The position numbers and the translations under genes are program-made. The notes beneath the pieces were generated by a model that was given only the letters and a program-made list of their open reading frames with translations, ran no database searches and was not told the DNA's origin. Positions 8,387 through 16,560 of a stretch of DNA of 64,000 nt are shown one piece after another; the first letter of the stretch is position 1; each line of letters opens with the position of its first letter. Origin of the DNA: a virus; the IMG/VR virus record IMGVR_UViG_3300012204_000007, positions 56,831 through 120,830 of that record, one strand, 5' to 3'.

Positions 8387-8528
8387 ATCCATAAGGATGG
8401 TTAGAGTCCCATAGAGACACGACCGGAGTATTACTCCAAAAGTGTAGGTGGATTTTGCTTACCGGAACTTTAGGATGGTTTATAATTACTGACAATACCC
8501 TCGCCTCGGCGGGGGTATTAGTCATTTT
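8387..8528 (+). ncRNA. candidate small non-coding RNA
   Basis: About 140 nt between an extended -10 TGGTATAAT (8372-8380) and a terminator-like hairpin; no credible protein ORF. Confidence 0.35.
8494..8528 (+). terminator. terminator-like hairpin
   Basis: AATACCCTCGC / GCGGGGGTATT stem, followed by AGTCATTTT. Confidence 0.75.
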
Positions 8529-8553
8529 AAGCACAAACTGCTATAATCAAACT

Positions 8554-10188
8554 ATGTACCGTTATTATATTCCTAAACGAGCACCGGTAGCATTTTGGAT
8601 GTGTGATGACACAGTTCCATTCCAAGAATATTCTGGTGTTAACGCTTCCGGCGGTAAGAAAGCAGGGACTACAGACCCAACCAAATCCGTACCGCTAGTG
8701 GCTGGTGCAGCATTCTCAAGCGTCTTCAAGTCAACGAGCATAGCACAGTTCGCTTGCAATATATTCAAGCAAGGGCTTGAGCAACGTCCGTTTGCTGTGG
8801 AGGCGTGGATTTTGCCTATTCCAAAGACCACTACTGGACCACAGCAGATTTTATCTCATGATGGTGTATTTGATGGGCTGAGTATCGACGGTAAAGTCAT
8901 TAAGTTCTCTACCAACTATCTGACACAAGGAAGCGCCGCGTGCGACTTCGACCTGCAAGAGTACAAACTAGCATATGTTGTTGGGTTACACAATGCAAAT
9001 CAGAATCAACTATGGGTTAATGGTGAACTGGTCGCGAGTGTCGATATTACTGACTTGCAGAAAGCAGATACATATATTGCTACAGACGCATATTTGTATA
9101 GCGGATACACAACATCTAATCAGGAACTGGCAATCAATGCGGTTGCATTTTATACCTCTCTTTCTGGTGAGCAAATTGTGCAGAATTATATGGCGGGTGT
9201 TGATTTTATTGGTCAGTCGCGCGTAGGTCCGCAATACGATGGAACAGAGTTCACCTTGGACGCTGCTGCTGGCGCGGTCTTTCTACGTAATGAATGGGTA
9301 GACGAGACAGATTTCAATACCGGTCTGAAAGTAAATGTTGAATATGCACCAGACCAGATAAACCCGGCATATGATGAGACCACAGGTCTTTCCCTCGCCG
9401 GTACTTGGACTGCTGCGACACCTTTAGATGCAGGTGGCGACACCAGTATATATGGGGTATTGCTTTCATGGTCCGGTAAGAATGTAACGGTAGAAACCTC
9501 TTTGGACGGAACAACATGGACCGCAGCGACGAATGGTCGCCTAATTAGTACAATTTCCAGCGGATACAATCCTACAAATATAGATTTACAGATTAGAGCG
9601 TCGTTTGCAGGAGGATTAGCGGTAGACCCAGCGTATTTAGAAAGTGTTACAGTTATAGGCTTCCGTAATAATACTATTAACTCAATCGCTAATAGAACTG
9701 TAACTGTATCCAGCCCCGGAGTAATGCGTGAAGATTATGAGACCAATCTTTATAGAGATGATAATGGTATCAGCATCAATGGTGGGACGCTGACGATTGG
9801 AACAGATACCGGTCCAGACCCCGATGTTGCGAGGACGCTTGAACTATGGATTAAACCTAAGGTCGGTACCCCAACCATCTCTGTCTCTGGAACAAAGTAT
9901 AGAAATGGTGCTGCTGACGCAACGTTGCCGGTAGGAGAATGGTCATTAATTCATTATGTAGCAGCAGCAGATATAGTGACCAATATAACTATTACAGGAG
10001 ATTGCATAGTCGGTCAAGCAACACTATACCCCACACCATTGAGTGCAACTGATGTTCTGAATATTTATAAGTCTTATACCGGTGCACAAGTTATACGATT
10101 TGTTGACACAAATACCGTTGGCATCTCAGAAGCAGCGACACCAACAGCCATTTATGCACATGATTGGTCAATAGACATGGCTGGATAG
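8554..10188 (+). CDS. LamG/concanavalin-like domain virion protein
   Basis: PVAFW, FAVEAWI, QLWVNGELV and TLELWIKP LamG-type motifs. ATG at 8554 lies 6 nt after TGCTATAAT. Confidence 0.75.
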   Translation: MYRYYIPKRAPVAFWMCDDTVPFQEYSGVNASGGKKAGTTDPTKSVPLVAGAAFSSVFKSTSIAQFACNIFKQGLEQRPFAVEAWILPIPKTTTGPQQILSHDGVFDGLSIDGKVIKFSTNYLTQGSAACDFDLQEYKLAYVVGLHNANQNQLWVNGELVASVDITDLQKADTYIATDAYLYSGYTTSNQELAINAVAFYTSLSGEQIVQNYMAGVDFIGQSRVGPQYDGTEFTLDAAAGAVFLRNEWVDETDFNTGLKVNVEYAPDQINPAYDETTGLSLAGTWTAATPLDAGGDTSIYGVLLSWSGKNVTVETSLDGTTWTAATNGRLISTISSGYNPTNIDLQIRASFAGGLAVDPAYLESVTVIGFRNNTINSIANRTVTVSSPGVMREDYETNLYRDDNGISINGGTLTIGTDTGPDPDVARTLELWIKPKVGTPTISVSGTKYRNGAADATLPVGEWSLIHYVAAADIVTNITITGDCIVGQATLYPTPLSATDVLNIYKSYTGAQVIRFVDTNTVGISEAATPTAIYAHDWSIDMAG

Positions 10189-10260
10189 ACCACAATGTGG
10201 ACAAATCGGTTACACGGATTCTCAATTTGCCTTTAACAAAATATGTAGTACAATCAAAAT

Positions 10261-10602
10261 ATGAAGATGAAAAGTTTAGGCAAACAAGAAGTAGCAGAGG
10301 TACCGTGGGGGACCTATCTATGGCAGATGCCCAATGGTAGTTTTATTGGCGATGGTGAGGGTCATTTCCTCATGATTGAGGCTATGGAAGGCGACCAGCA
10401 CCGAATGAAATTGCTAGCGGCAGCAGCACATGACTGCGGTGTTGACGAGGGTATGCCATGTTTCTTTCGTGGCAACAGAATTGTTAACGATGAAGAGTAT
10501 GAAGAACAGCAACTGCGACTTAAATTTGGCCTAACTCCGGATAAAATGGATGTGGCGTCTATTAATGAGGATAAGAGAAATGCACGCAACAGGCGTAGAT
10601 GA
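10261..10602 (+). CDS. hypothetical protein upstream of portal
   Basis: 113-aa ORF with its own promoter (TACAAT 6 nt before the ATG). Confidence 0.75.
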   Translation: MKMKSLGKQEVAEVPWGTYLWQMPNGSFIGDGEGHFLMIEAMEGDQHRMKLLAAAAHDCGVDEGMPCFFRGNRIVNDEEYEEQQLRLKFGLTPDKMDVASINEDKRNARNRRR

Positions 10603-12169
10603 TGACGATGAGCATTATGATATTGATGGCAAAGATGTAATAACACATACTGTCAACGATATCGTTGTAGAGTCAACCGACCCATTTGCTAAAGACTTTG
10701 ATTTTGTAAAGTCTCTTGCTGGCGTGCATCCGAACAAGAAGAGGTCGTTAACTGCATTTCAGAAGCGCCACGAGGGCGCGGATGGCACTTCTTCAAGCAA
10801 AATCGAAGATGACATCATCACTGGCTACAACGCCTTTGAGGTTGTGCTTCCACCATATAATCTAGACTATCTAGCCAAACTATACGAGTTGTCGACGCCA
10901 CACAAGGCGGCGGTAGATGCAAAGATGAGCAATATCGTCGGTTTAGGATATGATTTCATTCCAAGCCCACAAACGAAGTTAAAGATGGATGGATTTGACA
11001 GTGCTAAGTCTGAGAAGTTTCAGCAGAAACTATCTAGGTTCAAAATAGACCTTTCCGACCATCTGGACGACCTCAATGAAGAAGATACATTTACAGAAAC
11101 TCTACAAAAGGTCTGGAAAGACTACGAGTCAACTGGAAATGGGTATATTGAGATTGGCCGCTCGGACACAACCGGAGAAATCGGATATATTGGTCACATT
11201 CCATGTACGACGATGCGTATTCGCCGTCAGCGTGACGGGTTCGTTCAGATTATCGCTAATAAGGCAGTATTCTTTAGAAACTTTGGTAAGGATGACCCAG
11301 ACCCAATTGGGCACGATGCCAACCCTAACGAAATCATTCATATCAAGAAGTATGCCCCATCCAGTACATTTTATGGTGTACCGGATATTGTTGCGGCTAA
11401 GACCGCAGTCGCCGGTAATGATTTTAGTGCTAAGTTCAACCTAGACTACTTTGAGAACAAAGCCGTACCGCGCCACGTCATTATCTTGAAGGGTGCAACA
11501 ATCAATCCTCGCCTAGCCAAGAACATTCTAGAGTTCTTTGAGACAGGCTTGAAGGGTAAGAATCATCGCTCTCTATTTATCCCTCTTCCGGGTGACACAC
11601 CGGACAAGAAGATTGAACTTAAAATCGAGCCGGTAGAGGCTGGAATTCAAGATGCATCATTCAATAACTATCGTAAGGCAAATATATCAGAGATTCTAAT
11701 GGCTCACCGTGTTCCCGTGAACAAAGTTGGTTTGCCAGAAGGTGTATCTTTGGCGGTGGCGCGAGATGCAGATAAGACATTCAAAGAACAGGTTTGTGGT
11801 CCCGAACAAAAGACTCTTGAGAAGAAGTTAAAGAAGGTCTTTAAGGATATTCAGGGAGACCAGTTCCTGTTTGACTTCAAGTTGACTGAATTGACATTGA
11901 CCGACGAGGCAACTCAGTCTCAGATTGATGAGCGTCGTATTAAGACCGGTGCTGAGACTGCTAACGAACAGCGCGCACGTCGCGGTATGCCTGCACATCC
12001 AGATGGAGACGAACTTGTTGATTTGAATGCTAAGGCAAATACATTAGCAAGCGAGAATAAAGCAAGCGGTAACCGCAGTCGTGACTCACAGCGTAGCGCC
12101 GCTGCGACAGATTCCCAGGGCGAAGCACGCAGTCCGAAAGGTGAGGGTCGTACTAACAGTACGAAATAA
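10580..12169 (+). CDS. portal protein
   Basis: GNGYIEI, HIPCTTMR, EIIHIK, FYGVPD, YFENKAVP, EILMAHRVP, ETANEQR; position upstream of protease and capsid. Confidence 0.92.
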   Translation: MHATGVDDDDEHYDIDGKDVITHTVNDIVVESTDPFAKDFDFVKSLAGVHPNKKRSLTAFQKRHEGADGTSSSKIEDDIITGYNAFEVVLPPYNLDYLAKLYELSTPHKAAVDAKMSNIVGLGYDFIPSPQTKLKMDGFDSAKSEKFQQKLSRFKIDLSDHLDDLNEEDTFTETLQKVWKDYESTGNGYIEIGRSDTTGEIGYIGHIPCTTMRIRRQRDGFVQIIANKAVFFRNFGKDDPDPIGHDANPNEIIHIKKYAPSSTFYGVPDIVAAKTAVAGNDFSAKFNLDYFENKAVPRHVIILKGATINPRLAKNILEFFETGLKGKNHRSLFIPLPGDTPDKKIELKIEPVEAGIQDASFNNYRKANISEILMAHRVPVNKVGLPEGVSLAVARDADKTFKEQVCGPEQKTLEKKLKKVFKDIQGDQFLFDFKLTELTLTDEATQSQIDERRIKTGAETANEQRARRGMPAHPDGDELVDLNAKANTLASENKASGNRSRDSQRSAAATDSQGEARSPKGEGRTNSTK

Positions 12170-12591
12170 TGCATAGGTTAGAGCATATCGCACAGGGACT
12201 CTTAAAACCAATGAACCCATATGCTTCTCTATTACTTGGACTGCTGACACTGTCATGGGGAGTTTGGATTATTAATCCATTTTGGAGCGTATTCGGCACC
12301 GCTCAAGTCTATACTAGAGCCGCGCAGTTTGCTCCGGAGTGGGCGTGGGGAACATGGGCTACAATTTGTGGAATATCAATCTTATACGGAATTTACAAAG
12401 GCAGCGCGAGATGGCTGGCATCCTCACTAGGATTTGCTATGTGGCATTGGTTTACGGTCGCCGGTATGTTGTGGTGGGGTGACTGGCAGAACACGTCAGG
12501 CATCACATATACATTCATTGGTTGTTATACCATATTTGCATATTTGAATCTTAAGGTCAACTTCATTGGCCAGGGCATTAAGCACATATAG
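12169..12591 (+). CDS. multi-pass membrane protein
   Basis: About four hydrophobic Trp-rich segments; coupled to the portal stop codon. Confidence 0.7.
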   Translation: MHRLEHIAQGLLKPMNPYASLLLGLLTLSWGVWIINPFWSVFGTAQVYTRAAQFAPEWAWGTWATICGISILYGIYKGSARWLASSLGFAMWHWFTVAGMLWWGDWQNTSGITYTFIGCYTIFAYLNLKVNFIGQGIKHI

Positions 12592-12646
12592 TCTATTTGT
12601 TTGCTTAAATTTGGCGTTTAGAAAACTTTAATGATATGATACAAAC

Positions 12647-13876
12647 ATGGAATTAGTAAAGAGCCATTGGGAAGCGGATGACAACCGCATCCATCTGTCA
12701 ATGCCCATTTCAAAGGTGGACCGCCAGAACCGTTTGGTTTCCGGATTTGCAACCCTTGATAACATTGATACTTCTGATGAGATAGTTACCGCCGAGGCCA
12801 GCCGAGCAGCGTTCACACGTTTCCGTGGAAATGTTCGTGAAATGCATGAGCCGATAGCCGCCGGTAGAGTAGTTGATTTCAAAGAAGATTCCTTCTATGA
12901 CTCTAAAACTGAAAAATATTATAGTGGCATTTATGCAACAGCATATATTTCGCTAGGAGCCGAGTCAACCTGGCAGAAGGTCCTAGATGGAACCCTGTCC
13001 GGCTTTTCTATTGGTGGCAGCATCAAGGAGAAGCATGTAGAGTATATTTCAGAATTAAACAAAAGTGTTCGATTCATTACTGACTATGACCTGAGTGAAC
13101 TATCTCTGGTAGACAGTCCGGCCAACCAATTGGCAAATGTATTCTCAATCGTAAAGTCGGCAGATGGCGTACTTATGAAGGGTATGGCCTCAGAAGTTCA
13201 CCTAGTCAATGTTTTTTGGTGCGCAGCAGATGAAATCGCAAAGAACTCTTCGGGAGAATCAGAGACATGTCTGCACTGTGGAAAGACCATGGAGCAGATT
13301 GGTTGGTTTGAGAAGGGCAGCGACGAAGTGGTGAAGACCGCTAAGACCGTCGCAGACTTCCTTCGCAAGAGGGAGGACAATGTCGCAATAGACGTACCCG
13401 CACATGGCGAAGGGGGTGTAAAAATGACTGAAGATATTAAGAAGAATGCTGATGAAGAGGTAGTAGAAGTTGCTACCACCGAGGAAGTTGTTGAGGCAGA
13501 AACTGATGGCGTTGAAGCAGCAGCCGTAGAGGTTGTTGAAGAGGCAGCCGTAGAGCCTGACTTCGAGAAGATGTTTGATGATTTGAAGGGTTCTGTAACC
13601 GACAGCATCAACAAGACCGTTGAGGCGGTAGAGGCAAAGGTGAGTGCAGCAACAGCGGCATTTGATGAAAAGGCTTCTGAGTTTGAAAAGTCTCTTGGAG
13701 AACTCAGCGAAAAGTTGGAGTCCATCAGAGAGCAGCGTGAGAATGTTACAAAGCGTTTAGACGCGCTTGAGAAGGCTTCTGCTATTAAGAAGTCCGGTGA
13801 TGTTGAAACTACTGAGCCGGTAAAGAAAGCAAAGACAGGATTGTGGAGTGGCGCTTTCTTCGACGCTGGTGAATAA
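12647..13876 (+). CDS. prohead protease fused to scaffold
   Basis: VSGFAT..NID, REMH, GFSIGG, ELSLVDSPAN (HK97-type protease); acidic coiled-coil C-terminal third. Confidence 0.9.
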   Translation: MELVKSHWEADDNRIHLSMPISKVDRQNRLVSGFATLDNIDTSDEIVTAEASRAAFTRFRGNVREMHEPIAAGRVVDFKEDSFYDSKTEKYYSGIYATAYISLGAESTWQKVLDGTLSGFSIGGSIKEKHVEYISELNKSVRFITDYDLSELSLVDSPANQLANVFSIVKSADGVLMKGMASEVHLVNVFWCAADEIAKNSSGESETCLHCGKTMEQIGWFEKGSDEVVKTAKTVADFLRKREDNVAIDVPAHGEGGVKMTEDIKKNADEEVVEVATTEEVVEAETDGVEAAAVEVVEEAAVEPDFEKMFDDLKGSVTDSINKTVEAVEAKVSAATAAFDEKASEFEKSLGELSEKLESIREQRENVTKRLDALEKASAIKKSGDVETTEPVKKAKTGLWSGAFFDAGE

Positions 13877-13969
13877 TCAGCGAGCAAATTCTACAAGACT
13901 GACTGTACAAATGTAATACAAATACTTATAACTATGAAACACATGGTTCCCAGGAGGTGAAATAAACAA

Positions 13970-15004
13970 ATGAGTGATACTCTTATTGAAAAGGTTGTGA
14001 CAACCGGTGGTATGCAGGGTACAAACCCTGTCGGTACCGGCGCACTAACCTATGCACAGGCTGACAAGTTCATTGACTACATGTGGGACTCAACAGTACT
14101 AGGTTCCCTAGTTACTACACGTCGTATGAAGGCTGTCGAGGAAGAGATTGATACAGTTGCCGTTGGCGCGCGTCTTGTACGTGGTGCTACAGAGGCTGTT
14201 GACACTGGTGAGAACGCGCTTCCTACCTTCGGCAAGTTGTCGATTACCACCAAGAAGTACCGTCTAGACTGGGAACTTTCTAGTGAGTCTTTGGAGGACA
14301 ACATCGAGGGCGAAGCCTTCGAGGACCACCTTGCACGCCTTATGGCTACACAGTTGGGTAACGACCTAGAAGACATCGCCATCAATGGTGACACAACCTC
14401 TACCGTTCCCGGTATTAAGGTGGACGACGGTTGGAGGAAGCGCGCCGTTGCAGGTGCTCACGTTATCGACCACGCTGGTAACTTGCTTAACCGCGATGCA
14501 TTCAACAAGTCTCTTAAGGCTATGCCACGTAAGTACATGGCCAAGAGAAACGGGTTGAAGTTCTTCACTGGTACCAACGCAATTCAGGACTACATCTACT
14601 CTCTACAGCAGGTTGAAAGCAACTTCGTTAATCCGGAGGCGCTTGCTGCTGCTGGTATTAACCAGGCTGTACGTACTGAGGGTCCTGCTGGATTCATTAC
14701 TGGTAATGCGTTCGGGCAGAAGGTTCAGGAAGTTCCGCTATTCCTAGAGGACCGTGACGGAGACTATGACACCAACTCGTCTACTTCTGGTATTCAGTTG
14801 CCATCTGCGTCTATCAACCACACCGACCTATGGTTGACCTTCCCAGAGAACCTAATCTGGGGAATCAAGCGTGACGTAAAGGTTTTCCGTGAGTTCAAGA
14901 TTAAGAAGGACACCGTTGAGTACACAGTCTTCACCCGTCAGGGCGTACAGATTGAGAATCTCGATGCATTCGTTGTTCTAAAAAACGTCCGTCTGGCTGC
15001 TTGA
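13970..15004 (+). CDS. major capsid protein (HK97 fold)
   Basis: ELSSESLEDNIEG, LGNDLEDIAINGD; strong AGGAGGT SD; followed by a terminator-like palindrome. Confidence 0.92.
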   Translation: MSDTLIEKVVTTGGMQGTNPVGTGALTYAQADKFIDYMWDSTVLGSLVTTRRMKAVEEEIDTVAVGARLVRGATEAVDTGENALPTFGKLSITTKKYRLDWELSSESLEDNIEGEAFEDHLARLMATQLGNDLEDIAINGDTTSTVPGIKVDDGWRKRAVAGAHVIDHAGNLLNRDAFNKSLKAMPRKYMAKRNGLKFFTGTNAIQDYIYSLQQVESNFVNPEALAAAGINQAVRTEGPAGFITGNAFGQKVQEVPLFLEDRDGDYDTNSSTSGIQLPSASINHTDLWLTFPENLIWGIKRDVKVFREFKIKKDTVEYTVFTRQGVQIENLDAFVVLKNVRLAA

Positions 15005-15025
15005 TAGCAATTCTGATGTTTTACA

Positions 15026-15059
15026 CTACCGGCGGCTATCCTAGGATAGCCGCCGGTAG
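15026..15059. terminator. perfect 34-bp palindrome after the capsid gene (probable terminator)
   Basis: CTACCGGCGGCTATCCT AGGATAGCCGCCGGTAG. Confidence 0.8.
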
Positions 15060-15109
15060 CATTATTATGAAGCATATGATATACTCACAATAATAGAAAG
15101 AGGATAATT

Positions 15110-15556
15110 ATGAGTTTTCAGAGTTTAAAGGTCGCTGAGTTGAGAGGGGTCGCTGAATTTTTCAATATTGATGTTGTAACAGCAGACCCATCAACAGAGG
15201 CAACTAAGAAGGAGTTAATTGCGGCACTCGCCGCCGACGCCGAGCCGGTAACCTGGCAGCAGTACAATGATATTTATTTGCCAGCGAAGGAACTAGAGGC
15301 AGCAGCACAGGTAACAGAGAATGTAGAGCCTGATGTAGTTGTAGAGCAGCCGGAGCCAAAGGTAGTAGACCCTAACCAAAAGACTGTGCTTATTAAGTAC
15401 GGGCGACAGAACCCAACGTTTGAAGTTCTTGGGTTTACATTCAGCAAGCGCCACCCATTCGCTTCCGTTCCGGAAGACGTAGCAGAGCATCTAGTTAGAA
15501 ACGTTACCGGTTTTAGACTAGCACTACAATCAGAAATCACCGACTACTACGGCTGA
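15110..15556 (+). CDS. hypothetical protein with N-terminal Rho-N/HeH-like helical motif
   Basis: LKVAELRGVAE...ATKKELIAAL; own promoter TGATATACT and AGGA SD. Confidence 0.7.
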   Translation: MSFQSLKVAELRGVAEFFNIDVVTADPSTEATKKELIAALAADAEPVTWQQYNDIYLPAKELEAAAQVTENVEPDVVVEQPEPKVVDPNQKTVLIKYGRQNPTFEVLGFTFSKRHPFASVPEDVAEHLVRNVTGFRLALQSEITDYYG

Positions 15557-15595
15557 TATTTTGTATTAGAACCTAATAGGATATATACTGACAAT

Positions 15596-15820
15596 ATGGA
15601 AGACAATACTAAGATAGGCGTAGACGAACTTGTGGTACTAAGCAAGTTCGAAGGCGACCCTCTTCCAGAAAATGAGTTTGAAAGACTTACTATTCATAAT
15701 GGTATTGTTGAATCACATTGCCGCGTTGAAGGTGGCATGCTCGTCGGGCCGGTATTAGCAGATAACCTCGTAGGAAAAGATATTGGTACCCTTATGTCGC
15801 ACGATGGGGAGGTAAACTAA
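15596..15820 (+). CDS. hypothetical protein coupled to the putative fibre subunit
   Basis: 74-aa ORF; TTGTAT-17-TATACT promoter 6 nt before the ATG; TAATG overlap with the next gene. Confidence 0.7.
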   Translation: MEDNTKIGVDELVVLSKFEGDPLPENEFERLTIHNGIVESHCRVEGGMLVGPVLADNLVGKDIGTLMSHDGEVN

Positions 15821-16200
15821 TGCCTATTACAGACGCAGGAAGAAATCATCTATGCCAGGCTGGCATCGGCGCGGCGGTAACAGCATTTAACAATGCTAAT
15901 GCTTATATTGGTGTTGGAGACTCATCAACTGCATTTGCAGCAGCACAGACAGACCTACAGGCTGCATCTAACAAGTTGCGCAAGGCTATGGACGCAACAT
16001 ATCCATCCGGCGGAAGCAATGTGCTCACATTCAGGTCCACATTTGCTACCACAGACGCAAACTTTGCTTGGGCAGAATGGGGCGTGTTCAATGCTTCATC
16101 AGCCGGTACCATGCTTAGCCGTAAGGTTGAAGCACTAGGAACAAAGACATCAGCACAGACTTGGCAGTTCACTGTCGTTTTGACTGTCACGACCGCGTAA
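15820..16200 (+). CDS. small beta-sandwich virion fibre/collar-type protein
   Basis: ITDAGRN..YIGVGD..TDL..EWGVFNA..MLSRKV pattern typical of tail-collar-fibre-like domains; GGAGGT SD. Confidence 0.65.
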   Translation: MPITDAGRNHLCQAGIGAAVTAFNNANAYIGVGDSSTAFAAAQTDLQAASNKLRKAMDATYPSGGSNVLTFRSTFATTDANFAWAEWGVFNASSAGTMLSRKVEALGTKTSAQTWQFTVVLTVTTA

Positions 16201-16207
16201 TAGTAGA

Positions 16208-16447
16208 TTGCCAGAGCATCCAAATGCTCGTGGCAAAAAATATGTTTTAGAACATATTTATATAATGTCTGAAAGCCTAGGAAGGCCAATTGATACTAAA
16301 AATGAATCTGTACATCACATCAATGGCGACCATGGGGACAATAGATTAGAAAACCTACAATTGCGAAAGCGCTACCACGGCAAGGGCCAGAAATGGCAAT
16401 GCGGAGATTGTGGAAGCCATAACATTCTTGCATCAGAACTAGCATAA
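16208..16447 (+). CDS. HNH endonuclease (short, possibly truncated)
   Basis: EH.....LGRP....VHHINGDHGDNRLENLQL. Confidence 0.75.
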   Translation: MPEHPNARGKKYVLEHIYIMSESLGRPIDTKNESVHHINGDHGDNRLENLQLRKRYHGKGQKWQCGDCGSHNILASELA

Positions 16448-16497
16448 TGATATACTAAATAAAACATATCTTAGTTGAGGTAGGAGTTTAAAACCTA

Positions 16498-16547
16498 ACC
16501 GCCCCACGGGAACCGTCTTGGCGTTCCCGTGGGGCGGTATTTTGTTT
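16498..16547 (+). terminator. Rho-independent terminator immediately upstream of the repeat-protein gene
   Basis: 16-bp stem ACCGCCCCACGGGAAC / GTTCCCGTGGGGCGGT, followed by ATTTTGTTT. Confidence 0.85.
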
Positions 16548-16560
16548 AAAAGGAGTAATT

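Noticed and set aside
8455-8553. ORF-track N-terminal extension of the LamG gene
   Set aside because: It runs through a terminator hairpin and a promoter; ATG 8554 is the better start.
13198-13887. 229-aa antisense ORF over the scaffold region
   Set aside because: Shadow of Glu/Ala/Val-rich coding sequence.
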